32,000 nucleotides of DNA, taken from Candidatus Saccharimonadota bacterium. GTDB taxonomy: Bacteria; Patescibacteriota; Gracilibacteria; BD1-5; UBA2023. Within the stretch, counting starts at the first letter, position 1. Each line of letters begins with the position of its first letter. The translations under genes were made by a program, and so were the position numbers. The stretch spans positions 360,001-392,000 of the forward strand of contig BAAFHK010000001.1 of assembly GCA_042852035.1 (NCBI GenBank), in the 5' to 3' direction. A model generated the notes under the pieces. It was not told the origin of the DNA. It saw nothing but the letters and a program-made list of their open reading frames with translations, and ran no database searches. Positions 19,037 through 27,636 of this stretch are shown one piece after another.

Positions 19037-21391
19037 TTAGCGACTAGTAAAATTGATGGATTTAAGTCCAGGCTGACGATACCAAGAAAGCTCCTCTGTT
19101 TTTTGGCATCATGGAACTTGGGTAACGTACGTTAAGTTTTTTGAAGTTGTAGCTCAGAGGGGGGTCTCGAGAGTAAAAGCGTATTCACGGTAGTCTGTTG
19201 TGGCTGTGGTTTCGATTCAGGCAGTTGAACCAGTAAGGCTTGAAGTTATTGGCACTAAAAGTCGTATATAATTTACATTCTTTCCTTTTCCTTCAATGGT
19301 AACAATTCGATTTCGGAACTCGATATTTTTTTCAGAAATCATATCGAGATATGATCGAATTTTATCTTCATTTTCGCGCTTAAACGTATGTTTATGAGTG
19401 AAGGTAAGGTTATTGAGTACTTGGCAGGCATTCAGTTTTGTGGTTGTAGCGCTGTAAGTCCTTTCGATGAATCTATCTGACTTATTTCCTGAAAGAGAAG
19501 TGAGAACAGGATATGCCCAATTGTTAGAAATCGGAGCGCTCACTTCTGTGGCATTCTTTATTGGACTCTCTTCTATGTCTTTCTGGAAGTACTTCTGAAT
19601 ACGATCATAGAGAGTATTTTTTTGCATAAAACTATCTATTCCTGACACGACTTGGGTATTTGAAGGTGCTTCTTGCTTCTTTTGCCATGGAAGAGGCTTT
19701 TTATAAGAAGTGAGGAAATTATCAATTCTTGCATTTCTTGAGGCAAAAAGAATTTCACCATCCTCGAGAGAATTTGTGAGGTGAGTGAGAACTTCCTCGT
19801 AGGCTCGTTTTTCGTGAATCTTTGCGAGAAATGCCGGAACAAAGTCAGAAAGTATATCTTTTGCGGATGTCTTTTCTCCATATCTTGATTCCACAAGAGT
19901 TGACATGAGTTCAGAAAAATTATCCTTCGTAAACGGGAGAGAAATACCACTCAATGTTACTCAACCAATATCACCAAGTATATCTTCGATAAGTCCTTGA
20001 TGAAGGGCTATTCAAACTGTTACCGTAGGATCACCTGATCGTTCAATAAATGCATTGGCCTTTTCGAGAGTGTCTCTGAAGTTTGGATAATAGTTTACGT
20101 CTCTGAGTCCGTAAGTTCCAGTAATAAGGGCCAATCATGGTGGTGGAAGTTCCTTAAATGGATAAAGATTCCAGTCATAATAATACACGTCATCTGTTCG
20201 GTAGTCGGAGATATTCCCCTTAAACATGGTAAAGGTAATGACGGATCATGGGAAGCCTCCATTGGCACGTATCTCATCACGATTCTGATTAAATATGATA
20301 TAGCGTTCTGGTGAATTCGCACCAAGAAGAAGAGAGAGTCATGCTTCATTTTCGATAGCAAAATCAATCATATCAGCAAGTTTTGATATTCATCTTCCTA
20401 TATGAGCGATTTCTTCAGCTTTTGGATGATCTATAGTTGTTGCTCATTCGAAGGTTTTTCAAGCCTTTCTCATCTCATTGCGTAAATAGGTAATACTCGA
20501 GATATTCTCTTTCATCCACGTAGTGGGCTCTGTGATACCAAGAAATGCGAGAGGTCTAATATCCTTCGCAACGGGTCGGAAGGTATTATCTGACCCGAGA
20601 GTATCTTCAATAAATGTTCCAGAGCCACCAGATTCAATGGTCGACATTACCGTATCGATTCCTCGTGTCAGAGAAAGTCCGCCATCAATAGCAATCTTTG
20701 CCATTCGAATCTTATTTTCTGGAATATATCGGTATGGCATGAATATAATATTGGCTCGCTCAAGCCCAGCTCGCGCCTTATGTACAACATGAATTACTTC
20801 TGCTGGAGTAGAGAATTTATTTAGAGTAGCAAGTTCCTTAAAGGCTCATTCTACCAGTGATTGTACGTAGACAAGAGATGGGATTCAGAGTCAGAGGGTG
20901 ATAATAAAAAACGCCAAAATAGGACGCTTGTATTCCCATAGAGTGGCTCTTGTATTTTTTAGAACTCTGCGAATATGGAGAGTGACTGGAAGTGAACGAC
21001 GATACAGGTCACTGTATCTTTTCTTTCTTACAATCGGACCACCCCTGAGATCGAGAGCATCATTTGGGATAGAGATCGGAGGACAAAGATTGATATCGTA
21101 TCGATCATCGCTTTGATATTTGGATCGAGTGAGTCAACGGCTATGTGCTATCTCTCTCTTAGCGATATCAAGGGTATGAAAATCGGTAAACGTTTCAACT
21201 CGTACCTCTTGAATTTCTGAAAAGTCATGCACCTTCATGAGCTCACCTCGTACGGTATCAATATTTTTTTCGAGAGTATCTATGGCTTCGGTATTCGAAA
21301 ATGGAAAAAGATGAGTAACATCCAAAAATCTTTCCCCATGAATTCAAAGATCAAGGGAAGTGATGCTATTTTTTCCTCATGCGTGAGACAT
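19037..21391 (-). CDS. DUF4012-like envelope protein
   Basis: Track ORF 19217-19954 ends at a TGA. With TGA=Gly the frame runs to TAA 19037-19039 and upstream through many TGA. The core motif is GANSPERYIIFNQNRDEIRANGGFPGSVITFTMFKG..DWNLYP, with a single TM segment (RPILAFFIITLGLGIPSLVYV). I place the start at ATG 21391, directly behind a near-consensus promoter. The ORF stays open to ATG 21469, so the N-terminus is uncertain. Confidence 0.65.
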
Positions 21392-21398
21392 GTAGGAG

Positions 21399-21426
21399 AT
21401 TATAGGAAAAGCTGAAATAATTGCAA
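21399..21426 (-). promoter_or_regulatory. candidate promoter giving a leaderless or near-leaderless DUF4012 transcript
   Basis: On the minus strand: TTGCAA (21426-21421), a 16 nt spacer, TATAAT (21404-21399), then 7 nt (ctcctac) and ATG 21391. Confidence 0.45.
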
Positions 21427-21494
21427 CAGATGTCGACACTTGATTTTTTCAATTTGACGATATACTCATAGCATTGTTTTTATGATAAAAATCT

Positions 21495-21947
21495 ATGAAA
21501 TTTAGAATAATATTCACAGTCCTCCTTTTTCTTGGTACTTTTATAGGATGGAATCAGAGCGTGTCAGCGGCTGATCCGCTCAAGGTAATCGTAAGTGAAA
21601 AAGTCCCTTGAGCCGTTTGTGTCTGTTATATTGGATGACCAGGCGCTAGCGAAGCTACCTGTGAAGCAGCAACTGTTGAGACTCGTCTCTATCAGTGTAC
21701 TGTAGATCGAGGTATGACTGCCTTTCAGAATCTCTTTCGTGAAATAATAAAGTGGACTATCTATATTATCATGCTTCTCTGAGTTCTTGCTCTTGTCTGA
21801 GCCTGAATACTCTGGGCATGGGGAAGTGAGAGTGAGGAGTATACAAAGAAAGCAAAAGGATGGGCAGTGAATATCATCGTATGACTCGCAATACTCTTTA
21901 CCTTCCGTTATATACTTGGATTTCTTGCTCCTTGGATATTTATGTAG
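21495..21947 (+). CDS. small secreted two-TM protein, TrbC/VirB2-type (T4SS pilin-like)
   Basis: Runs from ATG 21495 to TAG 21945-21947 (150 aa). Signal peptide: MKFRIIFTVLLFLGTFIGWNQSVSA. A 4-Cys segment follows. Then come two hydrophobic helices flanking a charged loop: IIKWTIYIIMLLGVLALVGAGILWAWGSESEEYTKKAKGWAVNIIVGLAILF. This layout is characteristic of conjugative or CPR pilin-like proteins. Confidence 0.55.
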
Positions 21948-22035
21948 GCCAATAGTTTTCCTTCATGGAAAAAATTGAGAATATATATTGACAATTTAAA
22001 AAAATATATATATTCAGATAAAATAATTTTTTATT

Positions 22036-22422
22036 ATGCCTGAACGTAGAATTTTTGCTGCACTTGCTCTCTCATGAGCTTTACTCGCTTGATGTGGTGA
22101 TTCTGAATGAATAAAAGAATGATCACGCGATCAAGATGCATGGCGATACAGAAATCTTATGCAAGCCGTCTCAAAAAATGTTGCTCGAAGAGTCGGAGAT
22201 ACTTCCTATTATGAGATGAGAGCGTGAGGCGCATGTTATGCTGTAAGCGTTGTCCCGAATATGGAGTTATCTAGAGGAGACTCCATGATGTGATCGCTCA
22301 GGATGCAGGAAGCTCACATGTCGCGTCACTCAAAGATCCAGAAGAATGCAAAAGAGTACGTAGTTAATCTCCCATTCGGGAGATTTTTTTGACTGTCTAA
22401 CCCCTTTGGATACACTGATGAT
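22036..22422 (+). CDS. lipoprotein-like ORF with no table-25 stop codon (3' boundary unresolved)
   Basis: ATG 22036. Signal plus lipobox: MPERRIFAALALSGALLAGCGDSE, where both G of the lipobox region are TGA. The frame runs through a terminator hairpin and TGA 22390-22392 straight into ATG 22423 with no TAA or TAG. The end coordinate is nominal. Confidence 0.4.
22366..22390 (+). terminator. rho-independent terminator-like hairpin inside the open frame
   Basis: AATCTCCC, loop attc, GGGAGATT, followed by T7 (22384-22390). TGA 22390-22392 overlaps the end of the T tract. Confidence 0.55.
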
Positions 22423-23595
22423 ATGACTACTACCAATCTCATCACTTGTCCTCACTGTGGACACCAATTCTCGCTCTCAGACGTCCAGAAACATGAACTC
22501 GAAGAAATGCGAGAAAAAATGAAGGCCGAAGTCGAAGCCGATATGAAGAAACGAGCCTTCGCGTGGGCACAAGAAGAAGTAAAAAAGGCAAAAGACGAAG
22601 CCGAAGAGGCACACAAGAAGGAGGCTCTCGAACTCGAAACTCTCCGCAAGCGAGATGAAGAAGCGAGACGCAAAGAACTCGAATTCTTAAAGCAAGCCCA
22701 AGAATTCGAAACCATGAAGCGAAACCAAGCCCTCGAGCTCGAAAAAGCGAAAATGGAAGAACGAAAGAAGGTCGAGGAAGAAGCAAAAAAGCAAGCGGAA
22801 GAACGAGCCAAGTTCGATACCGAAAAAATGAAGCTCGAATCGGATAAGCGTATCGCCGAACTCCAGAAACAACTCGAAATGACTCAAAAAGCGGTCGAAG
22901 ATGCGAACCGAAAGGCCAATCAATGAAGCATGCAGATCCAAGGAGAAATCCAGGAAGACGCCCTGAAGGCCCTCCTTGAAGCAAACTTCCCGATAGATAT
23001 CATATCTGATGTGGAGAAGGGGATCAAGGGAGCTGATATCATCGAAGAAGTCAGGAACGAATACGGACAATCCGTCGGTATCATCGCCTGGGAGTCGAAA
23101 AATACCAAAGCCTGGAGTGAAGGATGGGTCGAGAAACTGAAGGAAGATCGCCTCCGTGTCGGTGCAGGTGTCTCTGTCATCGTCTCAAGCGTTCTCCCTG
23201 AGTGAATCTCACGATTCGGTCTCTACCGTGATATCTGGGTTACCGACTATGACTCCGTCCTCCCACTCACTATCGCGCTCCGAGCCCATATGATAGAGAT
23301 TGCGAAAGTTCGCAATAGCGTGAAGGGGAAAGATGAGAAAATGGAAGTCCTCTACAACTATCTCATCTCTCCAGAATTCAAGGCAAAAATCGAGAATATC
23401 GTCGAAGCATTCTCGACGATGAAGGACGATCTCGATCGGGAGAAGCGTGCGATGGAGAAAATGTGGAGTGCTCGCGAGAAGCAACTCTCTCGTGTTATCG
23501 ATAATACGGCTCGTCTCTATGGAGATATGCAGGGGCTTATTGGTGCACAGCTTGGGAAGGTGGAGTACTTGGAGCTTGGGGGAGGGGAAGGGTAA
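22423..23595 (+). CDS. DUF2130-like protein: zinc-ribbon, long coiled coil, PD-(D/E)xK-like C-terminal domain
   Basis: Three track ORFs (22423, 22930, 23290) share one frame and join across TGA 22924 and 23203. True stop is TAA 23593-23595. Motifs: ITCPHCGHQF; an E/K/A-rich coiled coil; Q[TGA]SMQIQGEIQEDALKALLEANFP; GADIIEEV..GIIAWESKNTKAWS (a D...ExK pattern); LPE[TGA]ISRFG. Hand-counted GC is about 45-53% in sampled 60-nt stretches. Confidence 0.78.
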
Positions 23596-23707
23596 CTTTA
23601 TAAGATTATACTATACATTAAGGCTACGAAGACTAAAAAATTAAATATTTTCTAATAAAGTACGAATTACGAAATTGACTGACCAGTAAACTAATTTAGT
23701 ATTATAT

Positions 23708-25321
23708 ATGACATATTTTAATTCTGAGATTTTTGAAAAACTGAAAAATGCAAATAGCTTAAAACAATTAGATGATATTATTATTGAAATCTATAGCTAT
23801 GGATGCGAATCCTGATTTAGCCAATGACAAGCATGTCATATATTTTTAACTGCAATGAGAAATGAAAATTTTAATAGTTATTTTAAGTTATGGTTGAATG
23901 ATAAAAATGTAATAAAAAGTAAAGATGAGTATAAGTTTCTTTATTTGCTTTTGCTTTGTTCTGGATTAGCATTTAACTATCTTCAAAATAATCTCTTCCT
24001 TGAGCATAGAAAAACTTTATCAATATGATTAACTGAAATAAGTGAACTTTTATGAATTGATTTAATGCGATTATCTTTTGAGTGCACAAGGATTATTACA
24101 AATAAAGATATAAATCTTAGGAAAATATATTATTCAATCTTTGATAAGGACTTGAATAAGTTTCTTTTCAGAAAAAGTCAACTTATAGTGCGTATAATTT
24201 TACTAAATCTAGTCCAAAGAAAAGCGCTTGTTATTGCAATTAGAAAATTAAAAAAGAGAATGGAGACAAATAGTGTAAAAATTCCTTATATATTTGAATC
24301 TATATTTTGATGCTTATCGGAGATGAGTAAGTGTAAGAATTATGCAAATAAAGAAAAATTAGATTTAAGTAAGATTACATATATTTTCTCTGATGAACTT
24401 GTAATAATGGAGCTCTTAACTCTTGTGACTTCTTGAGTTCAAGAATATCAAGAGAAGTTTGAAAATAAAGAAAAATTTTTACGATTACTTGATGAAATGA
24501 TTGAAAATAAAATCAATTCATTATCTAGTGATGAAGTATGGATTAAAATTGATTGAATAAAAAAGAGACTACATTTATTTTCAGATACCAATCAAACACA
24601 AGACTATTTTACTTTCTGCGATAAAATTTTAATAATAACCATTAAATGGCTAATAGTGGTCCAAAATATACAGCACGCTAAAGATAGGATATGGAAAATT
24701 AGAACATTTATCAGAGAATCTTATGAATGGTTTAGTAATCTTGAATGAATAATTAATCGTTATCTTAATGAGGACTGGGAAAGTATAGAAAAATTACTTC
24801 AAGAGGAAAATACGAGAATTGAGTGGAAGAGTAGTATATCAACTGCAATTGAAATTAAGATGGCGGACTGAGAATTTAAGAAACAAAATTTAAAGAAGAT
24901 AGCTGAAACAGTAATTTCTATGATGAATTCCGAAGGTTGAAATATTATAATTGGCTATATTGAGAATTATAATAAAGTAAGAGATGATATTAAGGTAGAT
25001 TGTTATCAAAAATGAAAATATCATTTTTACGATATAGCATTAGATTTTGAAAGAAACAAATATTCAATAGATAAATTCATGCGTGATATAGAAGATATAA
25101 TAAAAAATGACTTAAGAGTAGAAATAGATGAATTTTCAGAGTTTATCTACTTTGAAAAATTATTTTTGACTGATGATAAAGAAAAATTTATTTGAAATCT
25201 AACTGTAAAAAAAGCGGAAAAAATATTCTTTTCAAGGTGAGAAAATTTATCCGTGCTTTTAAAAAAACGTATGTGAAGACGGAATGAATATTCCGATCCT
25301 CTAACTGAAATGTTTAATTAA
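23708..25321 (+). CDS. large AT-rich protein with a C-terminal AlbA_2 (Schlafen-type) putative DNA-binding domain
   Basis: ATG 23708 is the first ATG after in-frame TAG/TAA. Stop is TAA 25319-25321. The 537 aa were checked line by line with 14 TGA as sense. From about 24806 the sequence reads ENTRIEWKSS..KKIAETVISMMNSEGGNIIIGYIEN...LTVKKAEKIFFSRG..LLKKRMGRRNEYSDPLTEM. This matches the AlbA_2 pattern E..LEFK...I.k.i.AfaN..GG.l.iGv....V.....P.....yiR.Gs.n....E. The N-terminal ~365 aa are unrecognised and helical. Confidence 0.55.
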
Positions 25322-25348
25322 TATTTCGTTGACTTCCAATAACTTTCA

Positions 25349-25372
25349 ATATACTTGACTACTCAAGTATAT
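25349..25372. promoter_or_regulatory. perfect inverted repeat (candidate MarR operator) overlapping the marR promoter
   Basis: ATATACTTGA, spacer ctac, TCAAGTATAT (10/10 bp, 4-nt spacer), 17 nt upstream of the MarR ATG. It overlaps TTGACT (25355-25360), a 16 nt spacer and TAATTT, with the ATG 6 nt downstream. Confidence 0.45.
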
Positions 25373-25388
25373 TTTCTAATTTCCAAAT

Positions 25389-25814
25389 ATGAATCAAAAC
25401 ACTCCTCTCTCATTTTTCCTCTACCTCTCCCGCATCGACACCGCACTCCGTCGCCGCATGGACGCGAAGCTTGGTGGACTCGGGTGGTCAGACTTCACCA
25501 TCCTCTACGCGCTCGATAGAGCAGTAGGGAAGCGGATGCGCAGAGTGGATCTCGCCGATGCTATCGGAGTGACCGCATCAGGGATTACGCGACTCCTCCT
25601 CCCGATGGAGAAGATTGGACTCGTGCGTCGTGAGGCACACGATGGAGATGCGCGTGTGAGCTATGTCGCGATTGCTCCTGGGGGTGAGACGAAGCTCACA
25701 GAGGCGATGACTCGAGCAGAGGAATACTTCGCTGATATCATCCACCCGATGGAGATACCAGAGCTTGTTCGTGCGAGTGAGATCATCGAGAAGATCGATG
25801 CAAGGATCGCATAA
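25389..25814 (+). CDS. MarR family transcriptional regulator
   Basis: Intact 141-aa ORF in any code, with no internal TGA and a TAA stop. It has the winged-helix MarR layout: FTILYALDRAVGKRMRRVDLADAIGVTASGITRLLLPMEKIGLVRREAHDGDARVSYVAIAPGG. Hand-counted GC is about 60-65% over 25441-25560, against about 25-40% in neighbouring genes. Confidence 0.9.
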   Translation: MNQNTPLSFFLYLSRIDTALRRRMDAKLGGLGWSDFTILYALDRAVGKRMRRVDLADAIGVTASGITRLLLPMEKIGLVRREAHDGDARVSYVAIAPGGETKLTEAMTRAEEYFADIIHPMEIPELVRASEIIEKIDARIA

Positions 25815-25862
25815 TACACCTTCATATTTTACAGAAATCAATCTTTATGCTAGCATAGGGAT

Positions 25863-27050
25863 ATGCAATTTCACACCAGAGAACTCCTTCCCAAAAAAAT
25901 AGAAGAAGGAAATTATATCCACGATTTCAGGGAAATATTCGCTGTCGATAAAAATATAGATGATTCTATCATCGCGAGGCAGAAGGAGCGATTTTGATTT
26001 TCGCTTTTTCTCCTTCATTCGGTAGGATTATTTAAATCACTCAAGATCGGTTTTCTTAACTCTCGAAATGTTTTCGAGCAAACAAAAGGAATCCTCTCCA
26101 TCCCACATACCTATATATTTGGTGGGATGTTTCTCGGATTCTTGCTTCAGGCTATACACGCAACATTTCTTTTTTTACCAATATTTTTCACTCTTGTAAT
26201 CCTAAGCCTCATACCTGCCTTTCGCATTATTCGAGAGAAGATAGAACTCTATAAGAAATCGAGAATATTTTTTAATGTAGATATAGCTACAGGACGGATG
26301 ATTAAGCAAGAATTTCTCGAACTGACACCATTCGTTCATAAGCCCATGATCTGGAAGTCGAGTAATGGAGGAGAAATGGATGGGAACAGTTTTGGTGGCA
26401 AAATGTTTTTGTTCCTCTTTGGTCAGCCATTTATCTTCGGACATTTGCATCTATTTGCTGGATTCTCCATACCTTCTCTCATTATATTTGATATCACGCT
26501 GTTTTTTATTCTTTTCGGCATCTTTGAGCGACTTATATTTATCGCTTTCTCAGTATTTTATGCTATTTACTTTTTCCTCTTCGATCATCTGCCATTTCTT
26601 TTTTCGAGAGAGGATCAGGAGCGAGATTTTTATATGGATCTCTATGAGACTGGGAACGAACTCCTGACCTCACTCGATAGGCTAGAGGCTGATATGGTAG
26701 AAGCAAAGCAGGGGAATATTACTCCAACACTTGGGAAAAATCTTACTTGATCCATCGCGAAGATTGGGGAACTTTCTGAGCTTATTGAGGAAAAATCCTT
26801 CCTCCTTGATGGCAGAGAGAAATTCCGCCAATTTCTCATAGGGATGCTTCGTGAGATTATGACTATCTATGCTTATGTGTTTGAGTCACTTCAAGAAAAA
26901 ATACAAAATATCGAAAGAGGAATCGATACGAGCGATATTGACCCGAAAGAGAAGGAGCGTCTACTTCTCATAATTAAGCCTATACTTGATAAGAGAAGGG
27001 GAGAGTTGGAAGCTATGAAACAACGAATTCTTGATGCAAAAAATATATAA
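25863..27050 (+). CDS. multi-pass membrane protein with a C-terminal coiled-coil domain, function unknown
   Basis: ATG 25863. Track ORFs 26127-26750 and 26844-27050 share the frame and join across TGA 25996 and 26748. Stop is TAA 27048-27050 (395 aa). Several hydrophobic segments are present (LFLPIFFTLVILSLIPAF, FLFLFGQPFIFGHLHLFAGFSIPSLIIF, FFILFGIFERLIFIAFSVFYAIYFFLF). The tail is helical and charged. Confidence 0.62.
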
Positions 27051-27158
27051 TAAATGGTATTTTCGTATCTGTTCGTGAGACTAGAGATACGAGAAGCCGG
27101 GGGTGTTATCTTGACTTTGATATAAAAAAGGAGATATTACGAGATATACTCTATTTCT

Positions 27159-27611
27159 ATGGAAGGATTTGATATAAAAGCACTCGATACTGCAGCAGAA
27201 AGAATATGAGGGGAAAAGCTCCTCTCTTTTAGGCTCACAAAAAGTGATGGGGGAATACTGATGGTAAACATTGTTACTCATAGAACCATGAAAAAAGTAG
27301 CAGTACTCCTCTGAGATGATTTTCAACCGATTGAGTTCGATACTCCTTTTGGGAAGAAAGTTTGGGTAAATGGTTGGGGCTTACTTCACGGTACAAAATA
27401 TCTTCTTATAGAAGATGGAGCAACTCATAGCCTCGGGATATATAGGCTGGATGGATCACAGAGTTTTCTCACCTTTCAATCTGCTCTCGGTACTCCTGAG
27501 GTAATCTATCGTATTCGACGCCTTGCACTTAAAAAAGTAGATGAAAATGGCTTCGCTCTCCACCCCATGATATCAACGCTCTTACATATGCCAGCCCTTG
27601 GTCCAGAGTAG
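27159..27611 (+). CDS. hypothetical protein
   Basis: Runs from ATG 27159 to TAG 27609-27611 (150 aa), continuous with two TGA as sense. The sequence looks globular (..KVWVNGWGLLHGTKYLLIEDGATHSLGIYRLDG..). No family recognised. Confidence 0.5.
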
Positions 27612-27636
27612 GATGAATATTTATAAATTTTCTTAA

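Noticed and set aside
21392-21469. A possible 26-codon N-terminal extension of the DUF4012 gene, starting at ATG 21469.
   Set aside because: It would leave only 25 bp to the divergent gene at 21495. It would also contain the near-consensus TTGCAA-16-TATAAT promoter that points at ATG 21391. I keep it as an alternative but do not prefer it.
22390-22392. Reading TGA 22390-22392 as a genuine stop for the lipoprotein-like ORF.
   Set aside because: The same ORF needs TGA=Gly for its lipobox, and every other gene in the window reads TGA as sense. Context-dependent termination cannot be supported from sequence alone. It is reported as an open question in the findings.
22442-23180. Long antisense ORFs opposite the DUF2130 gene (180, 119, 127 and 86 aa in the track).
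   Set aside because: They are Arg/Leu/Ser/Pro-rich mirror images of a GAA/AAG/GCC-rich coiled-coil coding strand. The sense strand carries clear DUF2130-type motifs. These are a typical antisense artefact.
27081-27326. An 81-aa minus-strand ORF, plus 27506-27721 on the minus strand.
   Set aside because: The plus-strand table-25 ORF 27159-27611 is longer, continuous and more protein-like. The minus-strand ORFs are Cys/Phe/Ser-rich and lack plausible starts.
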